In this document: piece by piece, positions 1 to 10,403 of the stretch
Layout: every line of letters starts with the position of its first letter
Position numbering within the stretch: the stretch's first letter is position 1
Source of the DNA: Hydrolagus colliei
Taxonomy: Eukaryota
NCBI GenBank assembly: GCA_035084275.1
Contig: CM068752.1
Coordinates: forward strand, 8,122,001 to 8,186,000
Length of the DNA: 64,000 nucleotides
Direction of reading: 5' to 3'
The notes under the pieces: generated by a model
What the model saw: only the letters and a program-made list of their open reading frames with translations
What the model was told of the DNA's origin: nothing
Database searches by the model: none
Made by a program: the position numbers and the translations under genes

Positions 1-1
1 A

Positions 2-178
2 AGCTCCCAACGCGAAGCTTACAACTTCAGGGTTTCTTTATCTCCAGAACCAACCAATACTGAATTTCTCTTTCTGCAGCCGTGTAATCCAACCCTGCCC
101 TTCAATGATATCAATGTTAACGACAACAAATTGACAAAATCCTTCACAGACTCAATTCGTACAAGTGGTGCGTATTAA
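2..178 (+). CDS. g0: 3' end (cytoplasmic tail) of a clustered protocadherin variable exon, truncated by the window start
   Basis: Frame 2 reads SSQREAYNFRVSLSPEPTNTEFLFLQPCNPTLPFNDINV...GAY*, matching the YxFxLSPESxKS(D/E)FLFLKP tail motif of the downstream genes. Confidence 0.85.
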   Translation, partial: SSQREAYNFRVSLSPEPTNTEFLFLQPCNPTLPFNDINVNDNKLTKSFTDSIRTSGAY

Positions 179-1094
179 TTAATCAATCTATTATGCGGTC
201 AACCCTATTTCTAAGACCATGTGAAGTGAAAATTTAACGTGAAAATTTATAAATATTTAAGTCATTTCTACAAGTTGAATATACATGATCACAATTGACT
301 GCATCTTGAAACGCCGTGTTGTTGGACAGTGCAATGAATCAATTAACATTAACATCGATGTTTTCAGTAGATTTACTGGATCTTAGGCTGGATTCTACGA
401 TTGTCCAAAACGGATATTTTCACGAATGGTTCTAACTTCGCCTGCACCATAGAACTAACAGTTCTTGCAAGAAGATATTACATTTGCTTTCACACTTGAT
501 TGTGGTGGATCTGCTTATTTTCATAATTTATGTTTCTGCCAATATGTTCGTTACACGTGAATTTGCAGATTTGCAAGTATGAATTTGGAATATAATTGCC
601 GAAGAAAATTGTACATTTTCCAAACTTTGTGGGATCCCACTGAAATGTTACAGACTGAAATCTTTGCACTGGAATGTAAACGCACGATGAAACGCAAAAC
701 CGTCAGATAATGTCTGCTGAAACCTGCATCAAAATAAGGAACTCGTTTGCTTTTAGTTGTAAGAAGCTTTCAGCGAATAACATGCGTTACAGACCAGATA
801 TCCTAACTGAGGCAACTCAAATTCATGCGTAATAGTTAAACCCATTCCAGTTAGCCCAATTTTGTAATATATGAATATACTTTAACACCCTTCCATGATT
901 CCTATTCCACAATTATAATGGTTGTGAATCACAAAAGGATACCTTGAGATATTTTAGGCACAAGGATTATTTGCCAGTGTGTTTTTCTAAAGTTAAAATG
1001 GATAATTAGAAAGGAAACGATGGTTTAAAGCCCGAGGGTTGCTCAACAATAAATGGCATGGCTCACATTGGAAACCACGACTTTTGGGAAACAG

Positions 1095-1164
1095 TCTCGC
1101 TTTAAGAAAGCTCAATGTAGTTATTGGCCGACATTCCCTGTGTCGCTGCCCACCAATAAGGAGC
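1095..1164 (+). promoter_or_regulatory. CSE/CGCT-box promoter element of g1
   Basis: TCTCGCTTTAAG..TGTAGTTATTGG..TGTGTCGCTG..CCAATAAGGAGC; the same element precedes every gene. Confidence 0.85.
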
Positions 1165-1420
1165 TGAAACGCGCCCAGGAGATCTATCACCCCTCCCTCT
1201 TCACCAGACGCAGGACAGAATCAAAGAGAAAGCTGAGCAGTGACTGCGTTCGCAGTTTCTGGCCCAGATCAAGAGGAAAAAACACGGTCGTTTAATTCTA
1301 ACACTCAGTTTAAATCCATCAATGTGATATGTTTCAGACAGAATGTGTTGCTGGACTAAAGCACTGAGATAAGACAGAAAGGACGTCTGTATATTTGTGT
1401 TGAGGTTGAATCCAGTACTA

Positions 1421-3856
1421 ATGGCGACTCCAGGGAGAGGCTGGATATTGTCTCAGAAGATCCAACATTTTATTGTTCTGCTCTGTATCTCGCACCTGGT
1501 TTCTGCACAAATTCGCTACTCTATCCCGGAGGAAATGAAGCATCGCTCCGTGGTCGGAAACATCGCCGAGGATTTGGGACTTGAGAAACGGGAGTTGTCT
1601 GCTCGCAAATGTCGCCTTGTCTTCGATAACGGAAAACAGTACCTGGAGGTAAACCCGGAGAATGGGATTTTATTTGTGAATGAAAGAATCGACAGGGAGC
1701 GGCTTTGTGGCGACAGCTCGACTTGTTTCATATCCTTTGAGGTCCTGATAGAAAACCCTTTGGAAATGTATCGCGTGGAGGTAGAGATCCTAGACATCAA
1801 TGACAATTCTCCTAGTTTTCCAGAAGGTGGGTTCGCCTTGCGCGTCGCCGAGAACATTGCGCCGGGAGCGCGCTTCCCTCTCGAGAGCGCGCACGACCCG
1901 GACGTGGGCGCCAACACAGTGAGCACTTACCAGATCAGCGCGAACGATTTCTTTAGCCTGAAAGTGCAGACGAGAAGCGGCGGTATGAAGGTTGTCGAGT
2001 TGTTACTGGAGAAGCCTTTAGACCGGGAAGAGCAGTCTACGATTCAGCTGGTGCTGACGGCTGTTGATGGGGGGAACCCTCAAAGAACCGGCAAAGCCTC
2101 GATCACTATATCGGTATTGGACATCAACGACAATGTGCCAATCTTTGATCATGAGGTTTACAAAGTGAGTTTGAGAGAAAACGCTCCAGTCGGGACCTTT
2201 GTCATCAAGGTTAACGCCGTGGATTCAGACGAAGGAACAAACGCCGAGGTGACATATTCTTTTAGCAACCGTGCCTCGCTACATGTCCGGGAATTGTTCA
2301 GTTTGGATTCCAAATCGGGAGAGATTACAGTCAAAGGCGTGTTGGATTTTGAGAAATCACCCGTGTACGAATTCGATGTACAAGCTGTGGATCAAGGCAG
2401 CCCGCCGATGGCAGGACATTCCAGCGTTCACCTCCGACTGATTGATGTCAATGATAATGCTCCCAAGATACAGCTCACCTCAGTGTCCAGCAGCGTACAG
2501 GAAGATGCTGCTCCAGGCACTGTGATCGCTGTGATCAGTGTAACAGACGCCGATTCGGGACCCAATGCACAGGTTAACTGTCAGCTTCCCACGAATGTTC
2601 CGTTTAAATTGCAGAAGATGCCAGGGAACCAGTTCAAATTAGTTACAAGTGACAGACTGGATCGTGAAAAGCTTTATGCGTATAACATATCCATATTAGC
2701 CTGGGACTCGGGATCTCTCCCTCTTTCGTCAAATAAAACTCTGCTCGTGACAGTGTCTGATATCAATGACAACGCGCCCCGGTTTGACCAGCCCTCATAC
2801 ACCGCATATGTGATGGAGAATAACACTCCGGGTGACTCCATTCTATCAGTTACTGCTTTGGATCCCGATTCAGACCAGAATTCCTACGTCTCCTATTCCA
2901 TCCTGGAGAATCACATAGAGGAAATGATGTCCTTTCCTTTTATCAGTGTTGACTCCAAAAGTGGGAACGTTTACGCGCTGCGATCCTTTGATTACGAGCA
3001 GCTCAAAAACTTTCAGCTCCAAGTCCAGGCGCGGGATTCCGGGTCCCCGCCACTGAGCAGCAGCGCCGCAGTGAATGTGATTATCTTGGATCAAAATGAC
3101 AACGCTCCCGTGGTGGTTTCCCCTGCAACCCGGTACGGATCAGCAACTGTGGATCCGGTGCCTCAGTCGGCACCTGCAGGTTACTTGGTGACCAAGGTAA
3201 TGGCGACTGATGCTGATTCTGGTCAGAACGCACGGCTTTCATATCAACTGCTTAAAGCTACTGATCCCAGTTTGTTCAGCCTGGGGCGCAACTCTGGAGA
3301 GATCAGAGTAATCAGTGGTTTATTGGGCAGAGATGGAACCAAACAAAGTCTCGTCGTCTTGATAAGGGACAATGGACAACCCAGCCTTTCCGCCACTGTG
3401 ACTGTCATTGTTTCAATCATGGCCAACGTTACCAGACACGAGTTTGAACACAGCAACCCTCTCCCACAGTCTGAGACATCCTCTGATTTAAATCTGTACT
3501 TAATCATCACATTTGCCTCAACTTCATTCGTATTTCTTTTGACTATCTTGGTCCTCGTTGCTATTAAATGCCATCAAGATCACAGTGTTGCTGATGGATA
3601 CACGTCCAAATTCTGTTGTTGCAGATGGAGAGATTCACACGAAGCTTACCCTGGGAGATCCGCACAAAGAGAGTCCTTAAATTACGACGGCGTTATGCAA
3701 AGTGCCACCATTCCCGGAAGTTATAGTTACAAGTATTGTCTATCGCCGGAATCAGCCAAAAGCGACTTCCTGTTTCTGAAGGCCTGCAATTCCTCTTTGC
3801 CCCAGAATACGCTCAGGATAACTGACAATAATGCGAGTAAATTAAATTGTTCCTGA
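1421..3856 (+). CDS. g1: clustered protocadherin (group A), 811 aa
   Basis: ATG at 1421 (MATP...; the ORF track starts at an upstream GTG). Signal peptide, QIRYSIPEE EC1 start, six repeats with DRE/DxNDN motifs, TM (NLYLII...), tail SPESAKSDFLFLK. Confidence 0.95.
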   Translation: MATPGRGWILSQKIQHFIVLLCISHLVSAQIRYSIPEEMKHRSVVGNIAEDLGLEKRELSARKCRLVFDNGKQYLEVNPENGILFVNERIDRERLCGDSSTCFISFEVLIENPLEMYRVEVEILDINDNSPSFPEGGFALRVAENIAPGARFPLESAHDPDVGANTVSTYQISANDFFSLKVQTRSGGMKVVELLLEKPLDREEQSTIQLVLTAVDGGNPQRTGKASITISVLDINDNVPIFDHEVYKVSLRENAPVGTFVIKVNAVDSDEGTNAEVTYSFSNRASLHVRELFSLDSKSGEITVKGVLDFEKSPVYEFDVQAVDQGSPPMAGHSSVHLRLIDVNDNAPKIQLTSVSSSVQEDAAPGTVIAVISVTDADSGPNAQVNCQLPTNVPFKLQKMPGNQFKLVTSDRLDREKLYAYNISILAWDSGSLPLSSNKTLLVTVSDINDNAPRFDQPSYTAYVMENNTPGDSILSVTALDPDSDQNSYVSYSILENHIEEMMSFPFISVDSKSGNVYALRSFDYEQLKNFQLQVQARDSGSPPLSSSAAVNVIILDQNDNAPVVVSPATRYGSATVDPVPQSAPAGYLVTKVMATDADSGQNARLSYQLLKATDPSLFSLGRNSGEIRVISGLLGRDGTKQSLVVLIRDNGQPSLSATVTVIVSIMANVTRHEFEHSNPLPQSETSSDLNLYLIITFASTSFVFLLTILVLVAIKCHQDHSVADGYTSKFCCCRWRDSHEAYPGRSAQRESLNYDGVMQSATIPGSYSYKYCLSPESAKSDFLFLKACNSSLPQNTLRITDNNASKLNCS

Positions 3857-5017
3857 AGATAGTGCAGTGAGTAGCAGGCAAGTTTCATCTTGCAGAAGGT
3901 GAGACGTTTCATTTAAAGGATTAAAAAACTTAGTCAATTGCACAGACATATTCAATCAGGGTGGAATTTCACTTTCTGAAGTTAAAATACAGACAAGATT
4001 ATTTGGTGATGAATTCAGAGTTCATGAAGTTGTAAATGCTGATGCTGAGAAATTGGCACTTCTTCAGTTTGGGCCCAGAGTGTTAACATCAAGGCTAAGA
4101 AAAGTACTTCAGTGACTCACCACATTGTATTTGATTGAACTTCAAAATTGTTCCTGAAGTTTGGATCCTCACTTCAATATTACACACGTGTTTAACATTT
4201 AAAACTTCCCGCATCACATTCTTAGACTAATGTCAGAATCCAGGACCAAATCCCGTAGTGCTTCCTCACTGTGCATCTGCGAATTGTCAGTCCTCTGCAT
4301 GAGTGTTTGGTGTCAGCCACCTGTCCACGGTTCATCTGAGGTCATGACTTGCATGGCTGTTATTTCTTCGGACTTCTTTGATATAAGTTCCCTGTTAAAT
4401 AAAAAAAACTAGATAGTTGGTTTTATATTGTTTGTGAGGTCAGTACATTGCACCATAAATGCCCTTTGATATTTAGCGTTTTTTACACAAAGTATCCTCC
4501 AAGATTTGAGATTTGCCCAGAGTTTGGTGATAACACTATATTCAATGATCCCTCAGCCTAGAGGAATGAGTATATTGGAACATAGGGGACATATAGCCAC
4601 TTGAATCTATTCCAGTCTATTAGATCATTGCATTACAATTTACGCCAAAATATGTTTTTCAGTCCTAGCTAATTATCGAATATATTTAGACCTATTTTAT
4701 CTGTTTGCTACCTTACTGTCAATTTAGTTAATATGTTTTGGAACCATTATCTTGCATGTAAATTGCTTCACTTTTGAATAAACTGAAACGTTAACCAAAA
4801 GAACGTCTGATTTTGTATAATCTTTACGTCTTTTTCCACCTCAAATTATGACATAGTAATATTTAGTAACATTCACAATGACAATGGGATAGGTGGCAGA
4901 ACTTTGATGAAAATAACAGATTTTAAAGGCAACTCGATAAATTGTTAAAAAGTAAATGATATGTAAGTGTAAAGGAATTTAACAGGAAATTGCCCCTAAA
5001 TGATATATTTATTTAAT

Positions 5018-5070
5018 AGCCGGTATCGACATAATGGGCTACATGGCTCTCATTTGTGATATGAAATACC
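5018..5070 (+). mobile_element. Possible decayed 3' tail of a CR1-type LINE/SINE
   Basis: GACATAATGGGCTACATGGCTCTCATTTGTG resembles, from memory, the ATGGGCCGAATGGCCTCCTTCTGTG tail of fish/shark CR1-type elements. Degenerate and unverified. Confidence 0.3.
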
Positions 5071-5710
5071 ACAGAACTACGTTGCTAAACTTGCCATGAG
5101 GAATGATAAAAGCAGAATTACGCACGGGAATCAATTAAAACGCCTGGTTTCCAAATTCAGAGAATTGTACGGATGGATTTGAAAGCAGACGATTATAAAT
5201 GAAAGTAAGTTGTTGCTTTTAGCTTCACTATAATGGAATGAGAGCACCGTTGATAAGGTAGTACAAGATTGAATTCACCAATTTTCCCAGAGGTTAAAAT
5301 AATAATAATACTCCTTAGATTTTGTATAGCGCCATTTATGTCTGGAGGACAACCCAAAACTCTTGACACGGCATACTGTAACGGGGAAATAACTATGTAG
5401 GCTTTGGTTGGCAAGTAAAAAAACAATCTTACAGCTTCAAAAATTGAGAAGGTGAACGAATGTAACACACCAAAAACATATAGGAACCGGGAACTAACCA
5501 TAATGGCACTGAAGCAGATGGTTTCTTAAAATAATTATTTAGAAGGACATATCCTGTGTTTTTCATTTATTTTATGCATTCACACGATGGCAATACACAA
5601 TCAAACACGATACAATCAAGCAGAATGCCTTGGTGTCTGCATTATAATGTTTTAGTTGCTCAAAAATAAACAGCTTGGCTCTTGGCGGATATCAACACAT
5701 TCAAAGCGGC

Positions 5711-5780
5711 CTCGCTTTAAGTAAAGCTCAGTGCAGTTATTGGACGAGACTCGTTGTGTCGCTGTCTACCAATAAGGAGC
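5711..5780 (+). promoter_or_regulatory. CSE/CGCT-box promoter element of g2
   Basis: CTCGCTTTAAG..TGCAGTTATTGG..TGTGTCGCTGTCTACCAATAAGGAGC. Confidence 0.85.
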
Positions 5781-6011
5781 GAAAGCATTGCAAGCGATCT
5801 CTCACTCCTCCCTCTTTACCAGATACAGAGCAGAAGAATAGAGAAAGCTGCGCACTGCCTGTGTTTGCTGTGCAGGGCCATTTTCGGAAAGATCCAGGTC
5901 GAGTATTTACATGTCTAGGTATAAATTCCGTGTTTACAGACACAATTTCTTGTCGATCAAACCAATTAACTGAAGAAGAAGTGGTAGCGTTTTCTGTGAT
6001 TCGAATCAACA

Positions 6012-8486
6012 ATGGCGAATCCACGGAGCAGCTGGTTGTTAACGTGGAAGGTCGAGCGTTTCGTCATGTTGCTTTGTGTGGCCGATCTGACAACTGGACA
6101 GATTCGCTACTCTATTCCAGAAGAATTGGAGCTGGGCGCTTTCGTTGGGAATGTGGCTGAAGATTTGGGATTGAAAATTCAGGAGCTGTCTAGGCGGAAA
6201 TGCCGTCTGGTCTCCGACAAAAGAAAGCAGTATCTGGAGGTAAAAATGGAGAACGGAATTTTGTTTGTAAATCAACGGATGGACAGGGAGCAGCTCTGTG
6301 GGCAGGGCTCTGCTTGTTCTCTCTCCTTTGAGGTAATTGTTGAAAACCCTTTGGAAATGTTTCATGTTGACGTGGAGGTACTAGATATTAATGACAATTC
6401 ACCCAGCTTCCCCAGCAGCGTTTTTTCCTTGCAAATCGCTGAGTCAATGGCTCCTGGAGCTCGCTTCCCCCTTGAGAGCGCACAAGACCCGGACAGGGGC
6501 ACAAACGCTGTCAGCACTTACCAGATCAGTGCAAACAACCACTTCAGCCTGAAAGTGCAGACAAGGAGCGGAGGTACTAAAGTTCCCGTGTTAGTCTTGG
6601 AGAAACAATTAGACCGCGAGCAGCAGTCAGTCTTTGAGCTGCTCCTGACTGCCTTTGACGGTGGAAATCCGCAAAGATCCGGCAGCGCTGAAATCACTAT
6701 TACTGTATTGGACAATAATGACAACGCGCCTGCCTTTGATCGCGAATCGTACAGAGCCAATATATTGGAAAACTCGCCCAATGGAACATTGGTGATAAAG
6801 GTAAACGCCGATGATTTGGACGAGGGCACAAATGGTGAAGTGAAATATTCCTTCAGCAAACGTGCCTCTCAACATGTGCGAGAATTATTCAGCTTGGATG
6901 TGAACACTGGAGAGATTCGAGTTATAGGAAAGCTGGATTTTGAAGAGTCAAACGCGTATGAACTTGATATACAAGCTATGGACAACGGCACACCTTCAAT
7001 GGCAGGGCATTCGAGTGTTCTGGTTGCCCTAACCGACGTGAACGATAACGTGCCCAAGGTACAACTAACCTCCGTGTCCAGCACCGTGCGTGAAGACGTT
7101 GTACCAGGGACTGTAATAGCTGTGATCAGTGTAACGGACAAAGATTCCGCAAAAAGCGGTCATGTGAATTGTCAGATTACAAAGAATATTCCATTTGAAC
7201 TCCTAAAATCTTCCGAGAACCAATACAAATTAGTTACCAGCGGCGTACTAGACCGAGAAAAGGTCCGTGTCTATAATATTTGTATATCCGCCTGGGATTC
7301 AGGCTCCCCACCTCTTTCTACCAATAAAACAATCAATGTATTAGTGTCTGATATCAATGACAACGCGCCCCGGTTTGACCAGCCCTCATACACCGCATAT
7401 GTGATGGAGAATAACGCTCCGGGTGACTCCATTCTATCACTTACAGCTTTGGATCCCGATTCAGACCAGAATTCCTACGTCTCCTATTCCATCCTGGAGA
7501 ACCGGATACATTATGTGTCGTCATTTCCATACGTTAGGGTTGACACCAAAAGTGGGAACCTTTACGCGCTGCGATCCTTTGATTACGAGCAGCTGAAAAA
7601 CTTTCAGCTCCAAGTCCAGGCGCGGGATTCCGGGTCCCCGCCACTGAGCAGCAGCTCCGCAGTGAATGTGATTATCTTGGATCAAAATGACAACGCTCCC
7701 GTGGTGGTTTCCCCTGTAACCCGGAACGGATCAGCAACTGTGGATCCGGTGCCTCAGTCGGCACCTGCAGGTTACTTGGTGACCAAGGTAATGGCGACTG
7801 ATGCTGATTCTGGTCAGAACGCACGGCTTTCATATCAACTGCTTAAAGCTACTGATCCCAGTTTGTTCAGCGTGGGGCGCAACTCTGGAGAGATCAGAGT
7901 AATCAGTGGTTTATTGGGCAGAGATGGAACCAAACAAAGTCTCGTCGTCTTGATTAGGGACAATGGACAACCCAGCCTTTCCGCCACTGTGACTGTCATT
8001 GTTTCAATCATGGCCAACGTTACCAGACACGAGTTTGAACATAGCAACCCTCTCCCACAGTCTGAGGATTCCTCTAATTTAAATCTGTACTTAATCATCA
8101 CATTTGCCTCAACTTCGTTCGTATTTCTTTTGACTATCGTGTTCCTCGTTGCTTTTAAATGTCACCAAGATCACAATGTTGCTGATGGGTACACTTCTCC
8201 TTTCTGCTGTTGCAGATGGGTGGATTCAAGAGAATCTTTCGCTCGGAGATCTGTGCCACAAAATTCCCTGAATTACTCTGGGGGTATGGAAGGTGCCCCC
8301 ATTCCCGGTAGCTACAATTACAGATTTTGCCTTTCTCCGGAGGCATCTAAAAGCGACTTCTTGTTCCTGAAACCCTACAATTCCACTTTACACCAGAGTA
8401 CACTCCGGATGTCTGACACACATGTGGCAAAGGACGTGGCCAGGAATTCACAGGAACCTGGTACAGGCAATCGATTTCAGTCATAG
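6012..8486 (+). CDS. g2: clustered protocadherin (group A), 824 aa
   Basis: Intact ORF with SP-6EC-TM-tail; EC5-EC6 nearly identical to g1. Confidence 0.95.
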   Translation: MANPRSSWLLTWKVERFVMLLCVADLTTGQIRYSIPEELELGAFVGNVAEDLGLKIQELSRRKCRLVSDKRKQYLEVKMENGILFVNQRMDREQLCGQGSACSLSFEVIVENPLEMFHVDVEVLDINDNSPSFPSSVFSLQIAESMAPGARFPLESAQDPDRGTNAVSTYQISANNHFSLKVQTRSGGTKVPVLVLEKQLDREQQSVFELLLTAFDGGNPQRSGSAEITITVLDNNDNAPAFDRESYRANILENSPNGTLVIKVNADDLDEGTNGEVKYSFSKRASQHVRELFSLDVNTGEIRVIGKLDFEESNAYELDIQAMDNGTPSMAGHSSVLVALTDVNDNVPKVQLTSVSSTVREDVVPGTVIAVISVTDKDSAKSGHVNCQITKNIPFELLKSSENQYKLVTSGVLDREKVRVYNICISAWDSGSPPLSTNKTINVLVSDINDNAPRFDQPSYTAYVMENNAPGDSILSLTALDPDSDQNSYVSYSILENRIHYVSSFPYVRVDTKSGNLYALRSFDYEQLKNFQLQVQARDSGSPPLSSSSAVNVIILDQNDNAPVVVSPVTRNGSATVDPVPQSAPAGYLVTKVMATDADSGQNARLSYQLLKATDPSLFSVGRNSGEIRVISGLLGRDGTKQSLVVLIRDNGQPSLSATVTVIVSIMANVTRHEFEHSNPLPQSEDSSNLNLYLIITFASTSFVFLLTIVFLVAFKCHQDHNVADGYTSPFCCCRWVDSRESFARRSVPQNSLNYSGGMEGAPIPGSYNYRFCLSPEASKSDFLFLKPYNSTLHQSTLRMSDTHVAKDVARNSQEPGTGNRFQS

Positions 8487-9364
8487 CGTGAGTTTGTACT
8501 TATCGTTCTCTTTAACATAAGTCTAAATTGTTATAATATGAGTTTACTCTCATCGTGTATCTTACTATTATATGAAAGACGCTTTGCATATGTAATTTTG
8601 TTGTTGTCTTTAAGCCATTCCAAAATATTTGGGGATTTTAATAGGATTCTCAACTTGTCAGGCTTCTTCCATCAAACGTAGCCAAGCATCGTAACTGTAG
8701 GTGTACCTGAACTAATTGGTTGACTATTCGATCGCTACCAGCTATCGCTACTTACAAGATATCTGCATTCTATCATGGTGCCTCATTGGGATATTTCCGT
8801 GGACCAGAACTACAACTTCTGGCTGAAAGGAGACTCCATTGGCTCACTGAATTTCCAAGAGTTTTGGTCTACTCAGTTTAGCAATAGATACGAATGGAAT
8901 CAGCGTGATTTCCATATCAATTAGCGTTGTTATTAACACCACAGTAGTTTTGATTACGTGTATTTCAACTTCTATCTTTATTCTTGTTCAAAGGGCAGCG
9001 AGGAGTTTGGATTTTCAACGCAAGACACACCTGCCCGCACACATAGAATTGGACTGCAGCTATGCGGCAAGAACTAGTCACTATGTTCCACTGATGGCTC
9101 TGATAGTAAACCACAACGAGAGGAGAGTGGGCAACATTTTACTGTTGAATCGCATGAATGATTTACCTTAGATACATACAAAGTAAAAATCTCACCTAAG
9201 GACACGGTTTGGCACTGCATGTTTATGAAAAATGTTTCGTAGGCAGTTAGTTGCAGTTATATTTTTCCTGCTGATTTATATGTCCGTAAAGTGTGAATAA
9301 AAATTTAGACGGAAGGGCAATATCTCTTGTAGATTTGTCGGGGTAAGTGCAACGTATTTGTGCG

Positions 9365-9605
9365 GTCACTAAACCAGTCGCTTCGGACACGGATTCTGTC
9401 CAGATCGCAGGTGGTTCCTAGCAGCTGATTGATAGTGTACCCCCCCACCCCAGCCCCTTCCCCCTCCCCCTCCCCAACCCTCTTTATTGTTGGTGTCACT
9501 GGAGAAATCAGAACAGTGGCAAATGTTGTGGACCGAATACAACAAGACACAAGGCGTGGTCATGTTGGTGAAGGACAATGAAAACTCGCCCTGTCCATCA
9601 CTGGC
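9365..9605 (+). pseudogene. Decayed protocadherin EC6 relic
   Basis: Translates to VTKPVASDTDSVQIAGGS*QLIDS...LFIVGVTGEIRT...TQGVVMLVKDNE versus intact VTKVMATDADSGQNARLSYQLLDA...TGEIRT...TQSLVILVKDNG. Contains a stop, frameshifts and a C-rich insertion. Confidence 0.75.
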
Positions 9606-10084
9606 ATAATACATTGCTTCTTGTCACTGAAAATACCTTTGAGTAAATTGATCAATTCAGTGAAGCCATTTGGCCCATTGTAGCAACTTTTAAAAACCCG
9701 TATTAATCTAATAATTAGAATAAACCTTGCAGTTGATATAGTGTCTTTCGTTTTGCGTCATTGAGGCGTCTGAAAGCGCTTCACTTAATATATTGTAAAG
9801 AAGATTGACTGTGTATTTGGTGGGCAAACATGCAACCCATTACGCACAGCAGTATTCCACAAACAGTCGTGGATTTAGTGACCATATGTTTTTGTTTTGG
9901 GGATTATTACCCCCGTGGATAGCAATTAACCAATCGACTAACAACCGTTTTTATTTGTAGATGATTAAAATTAAAATAAGTATCTTATCAAGGTGCACTG
10001 GACCATTATTTCTATCCAAGGGAATTCGGGTTGCACGGCGATCGTCTTTGCGGTTTACGACACGCATCATCACTTTGGAAGTAG

Positions 10085-10155
10085 TCTCGCTTTAAGAAAA
10101 GCACAGTGCAGTTATTGGTCGGGACTCGTTGTGTCGCTGTCCGCCAATAAGGAGC
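10085..10155 (+). promoter_or_regulatory. CSE/CGCT-box promoter element of g3
   Basis: TCTCGCTTTAAG..TGCAGTTATTGG..TGTGTCGCTGTCCGCCAATAAGGAGC. Confidence 0.85.
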
Positions 10156-10403
10156 AGAAATGTTACGAGAGAGATCTATCCACCCCTCCCATTTCGCCAG
10201 ACGCAGAAAAGAATAGAAGGGGAAGGCTGCGCAGTGTCTCCGTCAGCAGTGAATGTGGGACCCCGATCAGGAAACAACTCTGGGTGGGTGCGTATATCAG
10301 TTTAAAATCGAGACCAAGGTATATTTTTGTCGAAGTACTTTGTTCCCGGGACAATCACTGGAGTAACACATTCGGTGTATGGAATTAAATAGAAGAATCA
10401 ACA

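Noticed and set aside
1053-10388. Similar + strand ORFs crossing the promoters (..KAQCSYW..VSL..NKE..) at 1053, 5675 and 9993
   Set aside because: The similarity is just the translated CSE DNA motif; the frames are not maintained in other promoters.
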